This document shows positions 22,494-35,600 of a stretch of DNA of 64,000 nt, piece after piece. Below the pieces are notes generated by a model, which had not been told where the DNA came from, did not search any database, and saw only the letters and a program-made list of their open reading frames with translations. Made by a program: the position numbers and the translations under genes. Position 1 is the stretch's first letter, and each line of letters begins with the position of its first letter. The stretch comes from Lepidodermella squamata. Taxonomy: Eukaryota; Animalia; Gastrotricha. Where the stretch lies: NCBI GenBank assembly GCA_047495785.1, contig JBLDXI010000003.1:2108001-2172000 (forward strand). Direction: 5' to 3'.

Positions 22494-25400
22494 ATGTCCA
22501 GCAAGCGAGCTTTGGAGGATGATTTCGACGACGAGAATAAACGCGTGAAAACGAAGGAAGAAATCATTTCGATTCATGTTAACGAAAGCTCAAAGGGGAC
22601 AATTCTCGGTGCCGAAAGTTTGTTTCTCTCTTCGAATCTACCATCATTTTGTATTTTTCGAAATATTTTTGTTTGTAGAAAGCGAATTCATCCCGAAAAG
22701 TGAGCCTTTTCCTGAAACTTGTGAACATGAAGACGGAGAAGCTTGCCTACATTGCAATAAGCCGTTTTGCCAAGCTTGCATGCCTGGCCACGTGGAGCGA
22801 CTTAAACGCGAAAGTCTATGGATAACCAATAATGTAAAAAAATTGCAAATTATAATATTATAGAATCTACATTAATTTTCCTTTGGCCTATTCTCCGGGA
22901 ATTTTTCAATTTTACCTGTTTTATTTTATCGAAACAAATCTGCCTAAAAATACCTAAATCTTGAAATTTTCAAATTCGATTATTAATGACTCATCCTTTT
23001 TCGAAACAGCTGGGATTACCAATTTTAATAATTAATTTTCTCAAAAATTCAGACGAAAATTCAGATTCTCCCGGATAAAAAAGTTCGTCAGATTTTTTAA
23101 CTAAATCGAAAATTTCTATATGATTTCCCCATAATACTTAAATTTTTATTGTTTCTTATATGTTGTCCTATATAAATAATTATCGATATTTCATTATTCT
23201 AAAGTGATTCGGTGATTTCTTCAATATTAGAGGTCTTGGAGGCCAACATTCAAGATTTCAGGGTGTCCCAAAAGTTGCGAAACTATTTTCAAATTGGCAA
23301 CTTTTTGTGCGACATTCAACTAATTTTTTTTTAATTGAAGACCTGCCGAAAGAAAATTCCATCTTTTATCCACGATTCAACCGAAGAATGAAAAAATTGA
23401 ATGGTAACTTGTTCGGTAATTTTCGGTATTTTACCCGGTTGGACCAAATTTCCCCCAACTTTTTTAATCCCATTATTAAGTGACATGATTTATTACTATT
23501 CTCGTGATGGTTTGTTTGAACTTTTCTAAAAAATTTCTGGCCGTGAGATGTGAGATCGTCTCGCATTTTAGAGTTTCTGAACCCTTGTTCGTGTATTTTC
23601 TTTGCTTGCGTTACTTGTGAGACCCTATGTATATTTTCCAATTTTTCTAGTTCGCAAATCGACGTGAAACGGCTTTGAAAACCCTCGCGGAAGAAGCCGA
23701 CAATTTGGCGTCAAAAATCGACGAAAACGTGCGAGTCATGCAGCGTGAAATTGTTGATGCTGGCGAAAAGTTGATGGCTCGCCTACGGGAAGCGGTCGAC
23801 GATAAGGTGCTTCATTTGATGGCCGAGGCGCGTAAGCACGGCGAGAGTCAAAAGGCGAAACTTCGAAAAATGGCCACAACTGCCCCGCCGGGTGAAACCT
23901 GCAGCAAATTGCTGTTTTTGGCCGATAAAATGAGACAGGACCCTGGTTTCCCAACTGGCGGCGTTGTAGTTATTCATAAAGAATCAGTGGCATATGATGC
24001 TGAAGTAATTTCTCGGAAAAAAATTATTTATTTCGAATTTTTGAAAAATTTCTGTTGAATTTAGATTCAGGCGTATGAATCCGCGAAATCCGCTGAATTT
24101 ACAACGAATATATCCTTCGGGAAAAATGAAGCTTTAATCGAGAATTTGACGGCTCAAATCGATAATGTATTCCAAGTTTACGCCGCAGAGAATCAGAGTC
24201 CTAATGGACAAATGGTGAGAAATTTTAATTCTTAAACCTCAATTTTGATATTTTTTTTAAATTATTAGTTTGTCCCATTTGAAATTCGGAAATTTCACGA
24301 GGCGTTGAAGAAGGGCGATCTTGAAGTGGTGGAAAGCTGTTTTAATAGGCCGGCAATCTCCGATGAATTGGTCGAATTTATGGCCAATCACTGTGATGCA
24401 ACTAACCATCACCGAACGCCGCTCGTCCAAGCTGTCAAAAGCGGCAACAACGACCTTGTTCGGTATTTACTCGAGAAAAAGGCCGATCCGTTGCTGGCAT
24501 ACAAAACTGGCCCGCATTGCAACGATGCTGGGGGTCTGACGATTCATGAAGCCGTTGAAACTGGGAATATCGAAATTGCTCAGATGCTTTTAGACATGCA
24601 TCCCGAGCTTGTTAATACGAAAGATCAAAGCGGCCGGTCGCTGCTTCACCTCGCGTGCGTTAATTCGCTGCCGTTGGTGCAGCTGTTCTTGTTGGATTTA
24701 TCGCTGGAATTGGTCGATGATGACGGCGATACGCCGCTGGCTTCAGCCTGTGGTGCTGGATTTACGAAAGGAGTCGAATATTTGCTCGGTAATAATCATT
24801 ATTTTTAACTTGGGATTTCTATCTGCTGATTTAGAGCGTGTCCCAGAATTTTGTAATAGAGCAAAAATTTTCAGGAAATTGAACGAATTTTTTTGAAATT
24901 AGGTCCACTATGGGGAATCTTCTATCATTTATCCACGCTTTTACCCAAGAATTCGAAAATGTACCAGAAAATGTACCCTGAAGACCCCGATTGGTAACTG
25001 GTTCGGTAATTTTCGGGTTTTACCTGGTTGGATCAAATTTCTTCGGTTTTTTTAATCCCATTTACAAGAGACATACACTTTATTACTATTCTTATGGCAT
25101 TTTGGATTTTAAGATTTTCCTTATTATTTTTCCGTGCATTTCCTTCGTTTGCTTTACTTATGGGACACGCTGTATAACCGCTCACACTTTGCTCGACAGG
25201 ATTCTCAGGTTATCCAGTCCAAGAAATGACAATTTTTTCGAAATTTTTTCAATTTCTCAAGTTTTTCAAGTTAGCAAAAAAAATAAAAAATGAAAATGAA
25301 AATATAGAGAAAGAATCTTGCGAAAATCGGCAAAATTGGCGCTGAATAATAAATTGTTACAGGATAGAAAATCAAATCGGAAAAGTGGCATCAGGTAATT

Positions 25401-26512
25401 TTAAATTTTGAATATTCAGAAATTGAAAATTGAAAATATTAAAATTTGCCCAAAACCGAAATTTCTGAAATTTCACGATTAATTTAAAAATCCCATAAAT
25501 TAAGTTGAAATTCTCCGTTATATTCTGTATAAGACCTGGCCCTTGCCTTCAAAGCAAAAAAAATATTCGAGAATGACACCTTTCTCTGCATTTGGTGCCA
25601 AGTTTTGAAATTAGGTTCCGCACTTTAAAAAATATTCCTATTCTCCGAAACTTAACCCCATTTTCGATCACATATCGTATTTGGGAATTTAATTCCGGAA
25701 ACTACGGATATTGCAGATTGCAGAGCTGATATCAATTTCACATATCGATTTTCAATATTGATTTTAAAATTCAGTGATTTTTCCGATATCAAAAACTGTG
25801 AAAGGCAACATCGAAATTAGTCCCACATTCCTGAGAACCACCGGCGGCTTAAATTCAATATTCCGATTTTATAATGGTTCACCAGGAGTTTATAAATATT
25901 TTCAATTCACCTTTTCTGTGTCTAAATTTGAATCTTGATTTTTTTATTTTCTTAGAAAAAGGCGCCAATGTTCGCCATCGCAATTTCAAAGGTGAGACGC
26001 TGTTTCACGCGGCTGCTTTCGGCGGCAGTCTAGACGTCTTGAAACTCTTGTACCTCCGCATTCCCGACTTGATAAATGAACCGAACGACGAAGGCTTCAC
26101 CGCCCTACACATCGCTGTTCACGAGTCAAACCTGCCCATGGCCGAGTTGCTGCTTGACTGGGGCCTAGACATCAACGCCGCTGCGAATAAATTCGAGACA
26201 CCGCTGATTTTCGCCGTCGACATAGCAAATATCGACATGATCAAATTTCTAGTCGAACGCGGCGCTGATTCGCGCGCGCAAGACCACGAGGGTGACACAA
26301 TTCTACACCTGGCTGCGTTCAATAAATCTAGCAAGGGCGTGGAATTAGCGACGGTTGTGCTTGATCTCGACTCGAATTTGATCGACGTGCGTAACCACGC
26401 CGGTTACACGCCGCTGGACCTCGCGGCTTGCTATCAAAACTGGGACGTCGCCCGCTTGTTTCTATCGCACCGCCAGGCTTCGCTCAAGGTTGTTGAGCCG
26501 CCACTAGCGTGA
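22494..26512 (+). CDS. B-box-like zinc motif + coiled coil + ankyrin-repeat protein (6 exons)
   Basis: Exons 22494-22608, 22679-22833, 23651-24004, 24065-24214, 24269-24788 and 25956-26512 join in phase. Motifs include CEHEDGEACLHCNKPFCQACMPGH and ankyrin repeats (TPLVQAV, SLLHLAC, TPLASAC, TALHIAV, TPLIFAV, TILHLAA, TPLDLAA). Confidence 0.85.
23259..23632 (+). mobile_element. Tc1/mariner-type MITE, copy 1 (intronic)
   Basis: Starts CAGGGTGTCCCA. The internal TTCGGTAATTTTCGG...GGTTGGA motif is shared with the copies at 24833 and 37305. Confidence 0.6.
24833..25174 (+). mobile_element. Tc1/mariner-type MITE, copy 2 (intronic)
   Basis: Termini TA-GAGCGTGTCCCA...TGGGACACGCTG-TA. Confidence 0.7.
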
Positions 26513-27469
26513 TGCTGAAAAAAATCACGTGACTTTTGTTGACAGATTTTACGGTGTTTCAACGAGTATTTATGCTGCGGCATCTTTGTTTTTTCTGTTT
26601 CTATTTAGCTAAATTTGATAATGACTGATACTACAAAACCGTTGTGCTATCTGGTTTCCTAATAAAACAACCTTGATGCTGACTCGGATTTTTTTTAATT
26701 TCATGAATACAACAACAATAATAAAAATTCCACCTCAAATGTTTTTATCGTAAATTTCATCCCGATTTCTTCGCATTTTCAGCGAGTGGGTTCCCAGGTG
26801 AGACGTGGCGCCATGGTGTGCGCCCTTTGTTCTGCACCGCCGCGCTCGAGTGCGTAACTGCGAGCGCTCTCAACTTTGACGAGTGGGTGGGTACTCGCGC
26901 GTCGTGGCAGCAGATAGATCAAGGTGATAGCGATTCGCGGAGCCGCTCGGTTACGAAGCACGAGCGTTACGCTGTATTTCTAACAGCCAGCCGTCGTCGT
27001 TGATTGAAATTAACCACTATCAGCGGCATTTAGTACTTCGACCGCAAAGTTTGCTACTTGCGGCGCTGTTTCTTCGTCGCTTTTTCTTTTTATTACCACA
27101 TTACGAGGTCAGTCTGGCGTAATGATCGTGTGCGATCAGTGCTCTCGCTAATAATTAAATTGGGTCACTTCCAGGTCACGCCGCAATAAATCAGCGCAGC
27201 GATTTTATTGTTTTAATCTATGCCTTAGCCTAGTCAGCTCGCTTACCGCAACTTGTTTCAAGTGCCAGAATTTTTCAAAAATCTTATAACTAGAATGGTT
27301 GGTACCAATTTTGTTGAAAGAAGCTCCGTTTTTCCTTATCATCCCTAATTTGCCTCCAGTTTTAAAAGGCCACAACCCAACAGTTAACAGTTTTTTTTCT
27401 TATTTTCCCCGAGCTTTTTCACAGCTTTTTTTACTGCTTTTACTTTGTCTGTTAGAACACATTTTTCTA

Positions 27470-29376
27470 ATGAGCACCTATAACTTGCGTCGAAGGAAAA
27501 ATTCGTCTCCCGATTCAGATTACTCGCTTTCGTCACCTAAAAAGCCATCAACTCGCGTTACATCTATCGAAAACTTACCGAAAGAAATTTTATTGAAGAC
27601 CTTGCTCTACCTCGACACGGCCGATCTTTATTCTAGTTGCATTCTCGTGTGTAAAAGGTAATTTTGTCGCGACGAAAAGTGATGCCGAATTCACGTTGTT
27701 GTAACGCGATTTTCTCGAGTAAAAACATGCGAGTTAAGTGCGCACGTGGCGTCACAGTGACGTCATAAAATCAGCTCTTAATGATTTCGGCATCACTTCT
27801 GTCAACAAACCTCACTCGATTTAATTCCAATTTCACAGTTGGCATAAGCTGCTCGACTCCGATGGTTTTTTCGAGTTGATTCTCAACCGAGAATTCAGCG
27901 AACGGCACATCAGTGACCTGAAGCGGAGTTCGCAATTCGCGCTGCAAAATCTCCGACTCGCCTTGAAGAAAAGCCCATTCTTTCGCCAAAACGGCTTGAC
28001 TTGGAGCGCTAAGGCTCCCGTAGGCACCCGGGTCCTCGCTCGGCCTAATGCCTCGTCGTGGTCGGCTGTTATGCCATTCATCGACTCCCAGCCGCTGTGT
28101 TGGGTACCGCCCAAGCCCGGCTCGCCTTATTCGACAGCTTTTTTGAATTTACGCAAACTCCTTCCGGCGGTAAGTTTTTTTGAAATATACCGGATCGTCA
28201 GGTCAGAATTCTAAAAAGTTACCCAATTTTTCATGTGCGTTGCATATCGTTGGCAGCGCGGCAGAAGGAAACGTAGGCTTGTTTAATTTTATTGCCATCT
28301 TTACCGCCAACGACGTTGCACTTAATCCGAACTACATTTTTATGTTTTGTTTATTCAACAAACTTTCACTAAACATGCCGGCAAGACGCTTTCCGCTTTC
28401 CAACTTGTTGAAAAAACGTGCGCATCAAAGGCTAAGTAGGTTTTTTATCGTCATAGATTGCAGTGAAATTTATTGCCATGAATGCGTATAATGCAATGAT
28501 TAATCATCAAAATAGCATTGACCGTTAACAAGTGAAATAGCACAGTGGTATGGTGAAATCTTTGAGATTTTGCTGCCTTCTGTTCCTTCTGCCGCGCTGC
28601 CAACGGTATGCTAATGAGGGTGCAACATAGGCTAATTGTCTCAAGATGGCAGGATAAGTTGCCAAAAATCGGGTAACAAATAGAAAATTCCTAGGAAATA
28701 GATGGAAATAGCCTTGCCCATCTTCGGCCGGAATTAGGAATTTATTAGGGCCAAATTTTGATTTTTGGTCCTTTTTTTATAGGAAATTCGATGTTTTCTT
28801 GCTCGTATTTTCAGGCATTTTTTCAAATAATAATTGCTTGTTATAAATTTTTCCTATTAGGAATCTTCATCAATCGGGCTCTCCATCGCAGTTACTGCGC
28901 CTAATGGAAAAGGTTCTGGCGTTTTGTGTGTCGCAACTGTCAACAACCGATTCGCCCAGTCACCGGCTGTCGAGGTGACCGAAAATGGTTTATTATTTTT
29001 TTTATATTATTCATTTTTTCTACTAGTCTACCTGCGATGTGAAAATGTTGATGCCGCTGAGCGAAGGCGAGCGTTATCTAGCTGTTCGCTGCTCCGATTC
29101 TTTCACCGTGAAATTGCTGTTTCCGAGCGTCGCGGAGAAAATGCGACTCCGCTACCAGAATTCTGTGTTGCTTGCCATGTTTGTTACTTTTATTCGCTCA
29201 AATTGGAACTCGAATGTGATTCATTTTTTTTCAGGAGTCGTCATTACTTGCAGACGCATTTAGCGATTCGCAGTCTTCAACGGTCGAGCGAATATTTCGA
29301 GGCCACTAATCATGTGCAGGTTCTGTTACCGCAATGGCTGTTAGACGCCTTCAACGCGCTTCCGAATGAGGGATGA
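27470..29376 (+). CDS. F-box protein (exons 27470-27657, 27839-28169, 28861-28974, 29027-29178, 29235-29376)
   Basis: F-box motif SIENLPKEILLKTLLYLDTADLYSSCILVCKSWHKLL spans the first junction. The remaining exons join in phase. The C-terminal region was not recognised. Confidence 0.7.
28242..28611. mobile_element. MITE in F-box intron
   Basis: TIRs GCATATCGTTGGCAGCGCGGCAGAAGGAA / TTCCTTCTGCCGCGCTGCCAACGGTATGC. Confidence 0.75.
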
Positions 29377-32300
29377 ATGTCCCTGAATCGTGTTATTTTA
29401 ATTTATCAAACTGCGAGAGATTGTTCAACTTTATTTTATTGTGATTTTTGCAATTACGTCTTTCACAGAGTCGATTGTTACGCAATGTCTACATGCGTTG
29501 CATTCGCATTTCTGTTCGTTGCGTTGTTAGCTATTTGCAAAATTATCCAGCGAGTTAAACGTCAGCATCCTTCTCGGCCTTATTCTGCGAGTAAAAATAG
29601 GTTGTATTTTTTTTATGACTGGCGTGTTGAGAGGCCGCACTTCTACGCCTTTCATTATTGGCCGTGTGTATAATAGCGAGCTGCACTATTTACAAGCTAA
29701 ACATGCAATTAGCTGCGAAAGGTTTTCTGCCCGTAATTCATGGCAATGTGTCTGCATTTTCTGATTTCATTGATAATTTCACGTGTTCCTAGACTTGATT
29801 AAGCATTTCTGATTCAACTCAAACATCGGCAGCCGTTCAAACAAATGTTGAAGGTAATTTTTTTCAGTTTTTCTTGTTTGGTCGTTTTTTCGCTAAAACC
29901 GAGTGGTATCTAATTTTTCCATTAAATTGATAACATTCTTGAATTTCCTCCGCGAAATTTTAGTGTAAAGAAATTGTCTTGTTGGGGAACTTGAATTAAT
30001 TGAAAATTTCCGAGATTTAGGTAATTTCAAGATTTGGCACTGAACGCAAACGCAAGACTCATTTTTTTATTTATTTTTTTCATCAAAATTCGAAGAGTGA
30101 TTTCAGTTTTGAATCTCGCGCGGTCATGTGACGCGGGATATTTGTACGCGCCGCCGTGTTTAACATCAAATAGTACCTATTTCCCAGAATCATTACTCGC
30201 TTTTAAATCTTACCGCGTTTGGATTTTTCATGTCAAGCGTCAATATAACGACTTGATTTTTCCGCCCATTCGCACCTTGGCAGATTTTACCTGCTACCCG
30301 GCCCTACTCAATGATTTTCAAAAAGGTTCCGTAAAATTTCAGACCCTCTATTTTCTAATTAGTTACTCCACAATAGACCACTGAAATTTTTTCCAACCAG
30401 GTAGCGTTGGTTGAAAAGGAACTCTTTCGGTAAAAACCTATCAGGATAACCGATTTTAAAATTTTGCAAATGTTTTGTGAATTTTTCAATAAAGTGACAG
30501 TAAAATAAAAAATCATTTGGATTTTTTGAAAATAACTTGAAAAGTGGAAAAACAGCCCTGAAAGCGCTGAAGGATCAACGCCTAGTCTGGTCGGCTATTG
30601 GGAAATATTCAACGGAATTTCAGTAGATTATTCAGCTTCAAAGCAAAGAATCAGAGTTGCAAACCCTAAATTAATCAATGCAAATTTTACATTGAAAATG
30701 GAATGCCTGGTCTCATTGGAATTTATCAAACATTTTGCCAAAAATCTGTTGATTAATTTTTTCTGTTTTATTTAGGAAGAAAATGACGATCCTGATTCGG
30801 GCCCACCCGCCGAACCGAAAATGGTTTATTATTTTTTTTATATTATTCATTTTTTCTACTAGTCTACCTGCGATGTGAAAATGTTGATGCCGCTGAGCGA
30901 AGGCGAGCGTTATCTAGCTGTTCGCTGCTCCGATTCTTTCACCGTGAAATTGCTGTTTCCGAGCGTCGCGGAGAAAATGCGACTCCGCTACCAGAATTCT
31001 GTGTTGCTTGCCATGTTTGTTACTTTTATTCGCTCAAATTGGAACTCGAATGTGATTCATTTTTTTTCAGGAGTCGTCATTACTTGCAGACGCATTTAGC
31101 GATTCGCAGTCTTCAACGGTCGAGCGAATATTTCGAGGCCACTAATCATGTGCAGGTTCTGTTACCGCAATGGCTGTTAGACGCCTTCAACGCGCTTCCG
31201 AATGAGGGATGAATGTCCCTGAATCGTGTTATTTTAATTTATCAAACTGCGAGAGATTGTTCAACTTTATTTTATTGTGATTTTTGCAATTACGTCTTTC
31301 ACAGAGTCGATTGTTACGCAATGTCTACATGCGTTGCATTCGCATTTCTGTTCGTTGCGTTGTTAGCTATTTGCAAAATTATCCAGCGAGTTAAACGTCA
31401 GCATCCTTCTCGGCCTTATTCTGCGAGTAAAAATAGGTTGTATTTTTTTTATGACTGGCGTGTTGAGAGGCCGCACTTCTACGCCTTTCATTATTGGCCG
31501 TGTGTATAATAGCGAGCTGCACTATTTACAAGCTAAACATGCAATTAGCTGCGAAAGGTTTTCTGCCCGTAATTCATGGCAATGTGTCTGCATTTTCTGA
31601 TTTCATTGATAATTTCACGTGTTCCTAGACTTGATTAAGCATTTCTGATTCAACTCAAACATCGGCAGCCGTTCAAACAAATGTTGAAGGTAATTTTTTT
31701 CAGTTTTTCTTGTTTGGTCGTTTTTTCGCTAAAACCGAGTGGTATCTAATTTTTCCATTAAATTGATAACATTCTTGAATTTCCTCCGCGAAATTTTAGT
31801 GTAAAGAAATTGTCTTGTTGGGGAACTTGAATTAATTGAAAATTTCCGAGATTTAGGTAATTTCAAGATTTGGCACTGAACGCAAACGCAAGACTCATTT
31901 TTTTATTTATTTTTTTCATCAAAATTCGAAGAGTGATTTCAGTTTTGAATCTCGCGCGGTCATGTGACGCGGGATATTTGTACGCGCCGCCGTGTTTAAC
32001 ATCAAATAGTACCTATTTCCCAGAATCATTACTCGCTTTTAAATCTTACCGCGTTTGGATTTTTCATGTCAAGCGTCAATATAACGACTTGATTTTTCCG
32101 CCCATTCGCACCTTGGCAGATTTTACCTGCTACCCGGCCCTACTCAATGATTTTCAAAAAGGTTCCGTAAAATTTCAGACCCTCTATTTTCTAATTAGTT
32201 ACTCCACAATAGACCACTGAAATTTTTTCCAACCAGGTAGCGTTGGTTGAAAAGGAACTCTTTCGGTAAAAACCTATCAGGATAACCGATTTTAAAATTT

Positions 32301-32648
32301 TGCAAATGTTTTGTGAATTTTTCAATAAAGTGACAGTAAAATAAAAAATCATTTGGATTTTTTGAAAATAACTTGAAAAGTGGAAAAACAGCCCTGAAAG
32401 CGCTGAAGGATCAACGCCTAGTCTGGTCGGCTATTGGGAAATATTCAACGGAATTTCAGTAGATTATTCAGCTTCAAAGCAAAGAATCAGAGTTGCAAAC
32501 CCTAAATTAATCAATGCAAATTTTACATTGAAAATGGAATGCCTGGTCTCATTGGAATTTATCAAACATTTTGCCAAAAATCTGTTGATTAATTTTTTCT
32601 GTTTTATTTAGGAAGAAAATGACGATCCTGATTCGGGCCCACCCGCCG
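28978..32648 (+). repeat. Near-perfect tandem duplication, period 1836 bp (28978-30812 and 30814-32648)
   Basis: Identical ORF translations occur at offset 1836 (29039/30875, 29377/31213, 30034/31870). The junction reads ...CCCGCCG-A-ACCGAAAATGG. Confidence 0.97.
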
Positions 32649-35600
32649 GTTCAGACGACGAGATCATCGTAATTCGAAAGCGCCGCCCCACCGACACGCC
32701 ATCATCGTCAACGAGCAAGGCCAAACTCGCGCGGGTGATCGATTCTGACGAGGAAGAGGACAAGAAGCCAGTTGCCATCATCAAAATCACGAAAAAACCG
32801 TGCGAAAATGCCGACCCGGAAATTTCCGACGCAGAATCCGGCACGCCGCCGACCAGCCCCGGCTCGACTGTCATCATCGACGAAGACGAAGACCACAACT
32901 GGCCGTCATCGCAGCAGTTCGTCGCCACGAAACGCCTCGACGACCTCGGCGATCGCTACATCGAAAACCAACTCGTCAAATCGATAAATCAATCAGACGG
33001 CCGGAAACGGCGCCACATCCTACAAGACGACGAGTTGGACTACGAATCCCGGCGAGCGATTCAGGAGGAAAAGGCCCGAGTTGCTAGGCTGAACGAACGG
33101 AAACAGAATCGATCTTTCGTAATTGATCTAAGCAACGATAATCTGCCGGAATTGGACTCGGAGACTAGCCAACACGTCGAGCAGAAGCCGAATCAATTGA
33201 TCCTGGAGGCGGACCCGTTGCTCGAGGTTCATCCTGTTATTGTCGAAAAGTTGAAAGATCACCAGGTTGACGCGACCCGATTTCTATGGGAGACGTGTTG
33301 CGAAACCGTGCATGACGTTCAAACTCGGGCGGGTTCAGGGTGTCTAATCGCGCATTGCATGGGTCTAGGCAAAACTCTGACTTCAATCGCCTTTATCCAT
33401 ACGTTACTTTCAAACCGCGATTTAACGGGGATTAAAACTTGTTTGATCTTATCCCCAGTCAATGCGTTGATTAACTGGGTGCAGGAGTTTCACAAATGGG
33501 TGCCGGCTAGTCAGCAGTTGAAGATTTTCGATTTGAACTCGGCGAAGCAGATCCCGGCTCGAGCGGCTAAGTTGGATTTGTGGCAGTCGACGGGCGGCGT
33601 GATGGTGATGGGTTACAACATGTTTCGAAGCCTTGTTCAGTCGAGTGATAAGAACATAACGGCGAGGACGCCGGAGGAGTTGGATAAATTGAACCATTTG
33701 CCGAAGTTGACTGATCGCCAGAAGCAGTCGTTTTTGCGGGCGCTCATCGACCCGGGTCCGGATTTGGTTGTGTGTGACGAGGGGCACGTGTTGAAGACGC
33801 CGTGGACTGCGCTGTTTCGAACGGTTGATCGCATGACGACGCGGCGGCGTGTGATTTTGACGGGTACGCCGTTGCAGAATAATTTGATGGAGTATCATAC
33901 GATGGTTACGTTCGTCAAACCTGGTCTACTTGGGAATCGGAAAACATTTGCGAACCGGTGAGTAAAATTTCAATTTTTTCTTTGAAAATTCCCGCCAGCA
34001 AAAAATGATTTGATTTGGTCGATTTCCTTAAAATTTGTTGAGAAAATTCTGATAAATTGTTCATGAATTAATATTTATTTATTTCGGTCCCCCATACGAA
34101 GCAGCAGGCTTCAAAGCAGGAAGCAGGATAGACCCAAAAAGCTGTGCAAATGCCACGCAACAATAAATGGAATCAATTACGATAAAATTCTGCGTAATTT
34201 TCTGAATACGGGCCCTTCATAACTTTAGGAGCCCGGCTTATGAATTTTGGAAAATTTTCGAAAAACTTTTGACTTTTTTTTGGCAAAATTCAGGTCGGAG
34301 CTACAATACGGAGTTTTACGTTACTCAAATTTTGGTGTGGAAAGCTAGAATAGCTGACCATCATGTTAGTCCATTGGTTGAAAATCAGAGGCTAAGCCTG
34401 AGCGCCTACTTTAATTTTTTAATTAATTTAATTTAATTAATTTAAATCGGTAATATTATTGGAATTTGAATCATTTAATTTCGAAGCAGAAAATGTCCCC
34501 TTTGAAAATGCAGCGTGCCCCTTGGTACCGCTTGCCAAGAAACAATGCATTTAGGAAAGGAAGTCTGAAATAAGAGGCGAAGTGATATCCCTTACGCATA
34601 ATAAAATTGTCACCATGAAAATGGCGTGACGTATGAAATTTTAATTTACCCGAGAACCAACCGAGTCCAACCGAAAAAAACCTGATTTTCTAGCATCGGG
34701 TTTTTTCGGGAAATTTATTTCTTTTTTTTTTCGTGAAATCGCTGGATGGGAGAGGCTACCGACGTTATTATAGAAAAATTTGGTAAAGTAGAAAATGGTC
34801 TCACTAATTATGGGATACTCGATCGCAATAGTTAGCATTTTTAGGAATAAATATTCCTAATCGATTGGTTTTCGGAGTCTGGGTGACTCTGAAATCATGG
34901 TAATCGCTAGGACTTTCGAAAACAAGCATTCGACTGGGGAAAGCACGAAGACTCGCCGAAATGAGGATGGGCGCTTTTTCCATTCGTTTTTTTCGTTTTT
35001 TTCCTTAAACAAATTTCCAGTGTTTGAAAGAGTTCTAAGAGCGGGAGGCGAGCAGTCGAGCGATCAAATTACTCATCAAATTATTATGCAGAGACCCCAG
35101 AGCATTTTTCGGTGATTCGATCCTCATACGTAAACAAGATTTATCATACGTAACAAGCCGTCGAAAATGGAGCTTTACGATTCAACTTTATTGTCACACC
35201 ATTCACGATCACTTATTCACAGTTCACAGTTCAAACCAAGTCAGTTGAACTACACGGCTTCGGCGATACAGAAGATCTACGAAAGATATCGCCAACTGCT
35301 TGCATTAACGCCTTCTTCCTTAATTGAACAACATAAAAAATGAATATAACATTTCCAAGGCCCATTTCACGCGTTGAAGCGCTTCATTATGTGAGTAACT
35401 CTATGCAAGTTGAGCGCCACCCGATGTAACGTAGCGAAAATCCGAGTGAACGCAGCAATTTTAATGTTTTAACAGTACATCATTTCAAGCTTTTGAGTTG
35501 TTTAAAAGCTAAATGAAGTTATTCATTTGCTGGCTACTCGGCTTAGTTTTTCCGGAGTTCACGCCGAGGCCTTTAAAGTGGAAGTTGCTGGGGTTTTATT

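Noticed and set aside
29377-30384. Duplicated ORFs 29377-29673 and 30034-30384 and their copies
   Set aside because: They lie in UTR, intergenic or intronic sequence, have no recognisable motifs, and recur only because of the 1836-bp duplication.
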